A stretch of 64,000 nt of DNA from the human T2T-CHM13v2.0 reference genome, Homo sapiens: NCBI RefSeq assembly GCF_009914755.1, contig NC_060942.1, one strand, 5' to 3'. The notes beneath the pieces were generated by a model. It saw only the letters and a program-made list of their open reading frames with translations. It was not told the DNA's origin and searched no databases. Shown piece after piece: positions 56,983 to 64,000 of this stretch (position 1 is the first letter of the stretch; every line of letters begins with the position of its first letter). The position numbers and the translations under genes were made by a program.

Positions 56983-57013
<31 letters not shown>

Positions 57014-57133
57014 TGCAAAGACAGGGTCTCACTATGTTGCCCAGGATTGTCTCCTACTCCCAGCCTCAAGCTGTCCTCCACCTTCCCCCTCCCCATTTGG
57101 TGGGATTAGAGGTGTAAGTCATCTCACCCAGTT
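56843..57133 (-). mobile_element. AluJ, lacking tail
   Basis: ATCATGGCTCACTGCAACCTCAAACTCCTGGG and ACAGGGTCTCACTATGTTGCCCAGG (J-type). Confidence 0.88.
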
Positions 57134-58224
57134 CTTGAAGTTCTTTTATGCTTTCCTTGACCCCCATTTTTAAGCACCTGACACAGCAACCACTTATCAA
57201 TAGACCACGTGTACAGGTTCAATATAATGAAGACAGGAGCTGGAATTGTTCCCATGACTGCCACAGCTTATTATACTAGAACTGTGAAGATGTAGGTTTT
57301 TGACACAAATAAATGAAAGGTGAGTAAGTTTCAAGGCTTTATTTGAAGCCCTACCATCTTTCATCTTCTCATATTCTGGGATGGAGAACTGCAGTTAAGC
57401 CTCTACAACTTATCCTTAAAAACTTTTATGTAAGTGCTCTTAATTTCAAGATAAAAGGAAGATTCGTATATGTACTAGATTTGCAGATTTCGCAGATGCT
57501 ACCTTGGAGTCAAGGTAGCATCATTTTGTAAAGACAGCGTGATAACATACAGTGTACACCTTTGGGTTGGATGGTCGGTTAATAAATGCTCTAAACCAAA
57601 AAAAAATCATAAAGCTATGGTATTCTGCAGAAAAACTGTCCTGTGTACACTTAATATTTCTTCTTAATCTACAAAGCAATATTAGAATTCAATTTTATAT
57701 GTCCTTTCTTCCTGAAGGAGTAGTAACATGGAAGAGAATACCATATTAAACATAGTTTCTGTTCTTCACCTCTTGTTATCATTTAATATAATTCGTCCTC
57801 CAGTATGTATTCACAGTCTTCTGTTTCTCTCCAAAACGTCTTTTTGTTTTGGTGATTTTTTTGAACTTGATGCCAATAAAAGTTCATACATAGCAATTAG
57901 ATGATTGTGCCTTTAATCTAGGGCTTTATTGTACTTGCCATGCCCTTATTCCTCTATGACATTGACTTGATGAGAAAATCAGAGCAGTTGACTGTTAGAA
58001 TGTTTAATATTCTGAAATTTTCAGATGTTGCTTGTGGTGTAGTTTAATTTATTTCTCTGTTACAAATATCTCCTCTATACAATAATAAATAAATCATCGA
58101 AGCTGGATTAAATTCATGTTAAACAAATTTGTCAAGAATACTTCACAGATAATTCTGCACACTTCTCATCGTATACATCTTGAGCTAAACAATGACCAGG
58201 TTATTTCCTTATTATCATTCATTA

Positions 58225-58720
58225 ATAATAGCTTGGTAGGAATAAAATTTTCATACTACAAAGTGGATATTTTAAAGTATACAGTTTACAGTTTTAGAAT
58301 ATTCACAGAGTTGTGGATTCATAACTACAGTCTAATGACAGAACATATTCATCACCCAAAGAGAATACCGCTACACGTTAGCAGTCGCTAAAGTTCCCCT
58401 TTCTCCCAGCTGTGGCAACCACAAATATGCTTTCTATCTCCATAATTTTGTCTAATCTGAACATTACGTATAAATGGAGTCATATCAAATGGAGTCATAC
58501 CATATGTAGCCTTTTAGGTCTGGTTTCTTCCATGTAGCATCATATTTTTCAAGATTTATCCATGTTGTAGCATGTATTAAAACTTTATTTCTTTTTTATG
58601 GCCTACTAATATTCCATTGTATGAGCATGCCTTATTTAAACAATGTATCTCTTCATTATTTGATGTCCATCAGTTGATAGATATTTCTACTTTTTTAATA
58701 ATTATGAATAATATTCTATT
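58225..58720 (-). mobile_element. L1MB-type 3' end
   Basis: TTTTAAAGTATACAG...ATATTCACAGAGTTGTG...CATCACCCAAAGAG...TATAAATGGAGTCATA motifs. Confidence 0.8.
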
Positions 58721-59670
58721 ACACAAGGCCAGAAAATAACCACGAGGGAGGACTAGGCAAAACAATTCTCACAAATAACACAAGCCTGGGAACAGTTTTA
58801 TTCACATCAGACATCCTAATTTATATGACTTTGGGTAAAATCTTCAGAAGGCTATCACTTTAATAGAGAGGCCAAATTAGCATCAGATTAAAGGCTGCTC
58901 TAAACCTTTCCTGACAAAGCTTAAAAGTAAGGCTTAAAAGGATCCACTTCATTCAAAATCTAACTGCTTGCCAGAAACAACAACAACACTATCTAAAATA
59001 ATACATTTTTAGATAATAAAATAATACAATATATAAAATAATACAAATATATCTAACAACAAACAATGTAAAACTTACAGTACCTGGCATTCAGCAAAAC
59101 GTTACCAGGGGAGAAAGAAGGGACTTATGACACATACCAACAAGGAAACTCAATCATTAGAAACAGCTCTGAAATGACAGAGATAATGGGACTAGCAAAA
59201 AAAAAACAAACAAAAAAGAAGTTTAAAAAATGCTCCTCTTTTGGCCATAATGGATAACAGAGACTAAAATTACCCTGTACTTTAAAACACTAAATATCCA
59301 GACAAATTAAATATATAAAAAAAGTTTCAAACATTGGACAACAGGCAACATACAGGAATAGTTTCTAAAAGAAGGAAAATACATGGGGTATAACTTAAGA
59401 TTTTCAGGTTTACTATCTTGACAGAGATGCCAGGATGCAGCTTTGGGACCAGGAACCCTAAGAGAGCTCCCAAGTCTATCTGAAATTAGGGGAAAAGTGT
59501 AGTATTTGGACAAGCCAGGGTGACTAGAATCCGCAGGGCAGAGTGGCAGAGAGGAGAGAGCCGTGACGAGAAGAATGAGCTATCCCAAGAGAAAGATTCG
59601 CAGCTACCTTCAGAGGTACCTCTCTATCTTCTGCTAAGTAAGTCCCAATCAGTGTAGGCTATAAGAAAAC
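58721..59670 (+). mobile_element. Old L1M 5'-region fragments
   Basis: AGAGGCCAAATTAGC...ACAAAGCTTAAAAG, GAAATGACAGAGATAATGGGACTAGCA and TGGACAACAGGCAACA motifs. Confidence 0.5.
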
Positions 59671-59676
59671 CATCTA

Positions 59677-60044
<368 letters not shown>

Positions 60045-61035
60045 TTATCAAACTTACATGTTTCATAATTCTAGGAAAATTCAGGTTTTCTCAACAAGAA
60101 AAAACAACAACAAAACTTTCATGGTCATTTTTTAATAAGGACTTAAACACTTTCACATCTGTTAGTATTACTGGTATCTGGTCATAATTCTATCTTATTA
60201 TTCTTCATACATTTTTTAAAAGTTCTTGTTATTTCAGTTTTCTTTTGTAGATATGTTTTATGTATCACTGAAGTACTTATAGAAACATCCTTTCAACTTT
60301 TTAATACTATTAGATATTTTTAATGTGGGTCGAAAAATATATATTAACTGTCTCCTATACACCAGCATGCTACATACTACAAAAACCATGGGATTCTTTA
60401 AAATGCTTTCTTTAAATTACATCTTTTAAAATTCCTAGAATATTTGCACTTTCCTTCTCATTAACAGAAGAAAACTAACATCTGCTCACATCCAATTTTC
60501 AGTCATTGTTAACATAAACCAGTGGTTTACATTCAAATTAGTTTAATTAGATTACCGATTTTATGTTAGTTTCTTCCCCCAGAATATTTCTTGATGTCTA
60601 TTCAGGTAGTACCCTTCCAATTCTCCCCTACTTCATCTCTGAGTCTTTTCATTAGAGGCTGGTGAAACAACTTTCCCAGAGCTATGAGGTAGGAGATTGA
60701 AGCAGAAAGTACAGGCTTTCTTCCTCTTAATTAAGGTAAACAAGAGTTTATTTATTGCCTTTTTATATTTAATACAGTAAAAAGTGCAGTATCAACAGAA
60801 AATAATTTAGATAAAGGCATTTGGTATACATAGTGCATAAATATATGGTAGGATTAGCAATAATACTGACAATAATACAAGAGAATATGCAATGATGTGT
60901 CAACCTGAACAATACCAATGGAAAAAATGTGTATATAGACTGGAACTTGAACAGAAACCTGCATAGTGCAGATATCAGCAAAAACTAGATCTTTGCAACT
61001 GCCAAGAAAGCTGTAAATATGAAAATAGCATGAGT

Positions 61036-61040
<5 letters not shown>

Positions 61041-61082
<42 letters not shown>
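61041..61082. repeat. (TG)21 microsatellite
   Basis: Perfect TG run. Confidence 0.97.
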
Positions 61083-61083
<1 letters not shown>

Positions 61084-61814
61084 TGGCAAAACTGACATTG
61101 TGAAACTATTTAATGGGAAACAATACCACAGAACAAAGTGTCTCCCAGCTTCTGAGGAAATATTAAATGATTTCACAGCAACATGAATGTAAGTAAAAAG
61201 AGAACCACTGTACTAACTTGAACATATGCATATTTAATGCCATAGCTTCTGACTCATTATCATATTATTTAGAAAACTCTACCTTTTGGTCACCAAATTA
61301 AAATAGACAGATTGATAACAAATTTAAAGGTAATGCCTTTAAGGTGGCTACTTGGTTTACCTTTAGGGTCTGTAGATTACCGATTATAGTTAATACTATA
61401 AAATCTCATTAACATTTGCTTCTGAAAAGATGCTTTTTACATTTTGAGCCTAATCATTCTATTCATAAAATTGTAATTTTGTATACTGAATATACCTTTT
61501 CAAATGATATCACATTAGATCCAAATAAGGCTGGCATTAAGTGTTCGTTGGAATGCTCAAAGTTTACATGTAGGTAAACCATTCTTATTTTTCTGCTTGT
61601 AATGTACTATGTGACACTCATGCATTTCATGATTAAGAATTGCATGAATTATGCTATTATTTTTATATAAAACAAGTGTGACTTTTCTTTCAAATGAGCA
61701 TATTAAATCTTCCATTAGTAGTGTGGTTCTGTAGCTTTTTTTTTCTTTTTCCAAATACAAAGATCTTTAAGTCATATTATTTTTTTTTTCTAATTCCCTG
61801 GGATTGTGAATAAA

Positions 61815-61955
61815 TATATTTTATTGTTAGGAAAATTCAAGCTCTCAAAGGTTAAATCATTTGCCTAAAACCACAGTCACTAGTGGCCAAGCCAGAGCTC
61901 AAATTCAGACTTTATCTAGAAGATCACATTGCATTTCACTCCGCCACGCTTCCTT
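61815..61955 (-). mobile_element. MIR fragment
   Basis: AAAGGTTAAATCATTTGCCTAAAACCACAG...GCCAGAGCTCAAATTCAG. Confidence 0.7.
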
Positions 61956-62180
61956 CATGAGTAGTTTAGTTCAGGCTACACTCTGAATTAATACAATTCT
62001 CATTAGATCTCTCCGTCTCCCAGCTGTCAGAAATTAATTTGGACTTCTGGAATTGGCAGGGACAAATCTTTCCTCTCCCAATAAAAAGAGAGCCAGTTGA
62101 TATTACATTTTTGAGCTTGAAGGAAATGTGATACTATATTAATCATCATATTGAAAACAAACAAGTTTTCCATTTAAATG

Positions 62181-62344
62181 ATTGAATTTCACTAAGCTAG
62201 TAAGCTGAAGCTAATTCTCACCAAATACCAAATCCTTCAGCTACCCTGCACACCCAGTGTAGATAAGTACTAACTGCTCACCTGGAAAGGACGTTCCTTT
62301 CTTTCACGCATAATGTAAGAACATTCAAGTCATTGTCCAATAAG
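62181..62344 (+). repeat. Dispersed repeat, donor for 63236-63379 (direct) and 63135-63183 (inverted)
   Basis: Shared CACTAAG.TAGTAAGCTGAA..TAA.TCTCACCAAATA and TACTAACTGCTCA.CTGGAAAGGACGTTCCTTTCTTTCAC...CAAGTCATTGTCCAATAAG blocks. Confidence 0.95.
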
Positions 62345-62699
62345 TTTACTTTTAAAGATCACTATAAATCTTAAGCGGTACACTTTATGGAATATATTCA
62401 AAACCTAGAAAATGATTCCTGGCAAACATATAAGAGCTAAGTACACTTGTTTTGATTTAGGAAATGCATTATCCAACCCTGAAGAAACTGTTCCTGTAAT
62501 TGTTTTGATTTTTGGATTCTTTGTTTAAAAGTTGAATAAAATAAAATTGCAAATGAGACAAATCTCTTAAATATTTATTTTCATAGCTAAATACTGCTTA
62601 AATACATCGAATTCACGTTAATAAAAATTCTGCTGTTCAGGATGTTGTTAAAAACATATATTTTAATTTCATCAAGTATAGGTATAACTATCAACAAGA

Positions 62700-63130
62700 T
62701 TAGTGTATATATATACATACACACAGTATATATTATATATGCACTATTAGTATTTATATGCTAATTTTGTTGATTCAATAACTCACCAACCACAGTTAGT
62801 ATATACATATATATTCAATAAATCACTAACATATATGTTATATATAGGTTATATTATATACATAACATATATGTTAGTATACACGTTAGTATTCATGTGA
62901 GTATATACATATATACATAAGTTAGTATATATACATTAGTATATACATATATATTCAATAGCTCACTAACATATGTTATATATATTATATATGTAACATA
63001 TAGATGTTACATATATAACATATATAACATCTAGATGTTACATATTATATATAACATACAGATGTTACATATAATATATATAACATACAGATGTTATATA
63101 TAATATATATAACATACAGATGTTATATAT
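62700..63130. repeat. AT-rich palindromic minisatellite/low-complexity tract
   Basis: Five TAACAT(AC/CT/AT)AGATGTTA units at about 62994-63125 and recurring ATTCAATA..TCAC.AAC motif at about 62773, 62813, 62953. Confidence 0.85.
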
Positions 63131-63136
63131 TTTAGG

Positions 63137-63282
63137 TATTTGGTAAGACTTAGTTTCAGCTTACTATCTTAGTGTAATTCAGTAACTCACTAATAGTGAG
63201 TTGATAATTAATGATAATTAAGCTAACAGTGAGTTATTGAATGTCACTAAGATAGTAAGCTGAAATTAAGTCTCACCAAATA
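63137..63282. repeat. 55-bp inverted repeat with 36-nt spacer
   Basis: Arms 63137-63191 and 63228-63282, 50/55 complementary. Confidence 0.93.
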
Positions 63283-64000
63283 AATACCTTATCCGCACCC
63301 TATACTAACTGCTCAACTGGAAAGGACGTTCCTTTCTTTCACACATAATGTAAGATAATTCAAGTCATTGTCCAATAAGGACAACACCTATACCAGATTC
63401 AGATTTATATATATATATGTATGGATGAGAACATCATTTATTAAAAACTAGTATTATGTAATCTTCCAGGTTCTTTGTCACAAGACAAATTGGACTTATT
63501 TACTTCTTCATTTTGGAAAATGTAACTATTTCTAACCTTTTCTCTTAGGTTTGTTTTCTTTATCATCTTATCTATGATATCAGTTGGAAAGATGTAGATA
63601 AATGTCTAGCTCTGGATCCAGAATGAAAGGGATAACAGCTGGTTCTAAAGGCTTTCTCTAGCCTCAGGAAAACCTGAGGCTTTGAGCTTTGATATATTTT
63701 CTTTCTAATATGAATTCAAGATGTTATCAGGAGCATACCTATACCAGATCCAAGATCAGTGAAACTCAGGCCAAGAACATACACCTGCTTTGTGGTGGGG
63801 AGCGTTTATTAAGGACTGAGAATCAACACTGAGACACAGCTGTCCTGGAGGATGGTGGGGATGGGGGATGTCTTCCGCATCCCAGGGATTGTGAGGAAGG
63901 CCCCTTGTGCACACCTGTGGAGTTTAAACCTTCAAGGGACTCCAGAACTCTGAGCTGAAATCATAGGCACAGACTCAGCCTCATCTTTCATGACTGAGTA

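Noticed and set aside
63660-63681. Isolated 9-bp hairpins (also near 32073-32094 and 54511-54532)
   Set aside because: A few stems of this size are expected by chance; bacterial-type terminators are irrelevant here.

Overview
AT-rich, repeat-dense primate (human/ape-like) intergenic or deep-intronic DNA; no host protein-coding exon can be supported, and the ORF track is mostly Alu/LTR/L1-derived or random. The main feature is a complete, internally deleted HERV-H provirus (35599-41193, +) with two 403-bp LTR7s, a perfect tRNA-His PBS, PPT and CTAAG target-site duplication; its TATA box and major splice donor appear mutated. Also present: solo LTRs (LTR12 x2, MLT2A, LTR8, MSTA, MSTB, MER52-like, MER31/MER67-like), a decayed ERV-L pol remnant with a YIDD motif, about 14 Alu elements or fragments, two twin-primed 5'-inverted L1s, old L1/L2/L3/MIR pieces, MER20, Tigger2a and a tailless U2 snRNA retrocopy. 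The least expected signals are two clusters of locally templated insertions/fold-backs (45.5-49.3 kb and 62.2-63.8 kb) resembling fossil template-switching repair, plus several LTR-promoter/splice-site arrangements that could make unannotated transcripts. I found no convincing new gene system. Family names come from remembered consensus motifs, not a database search.
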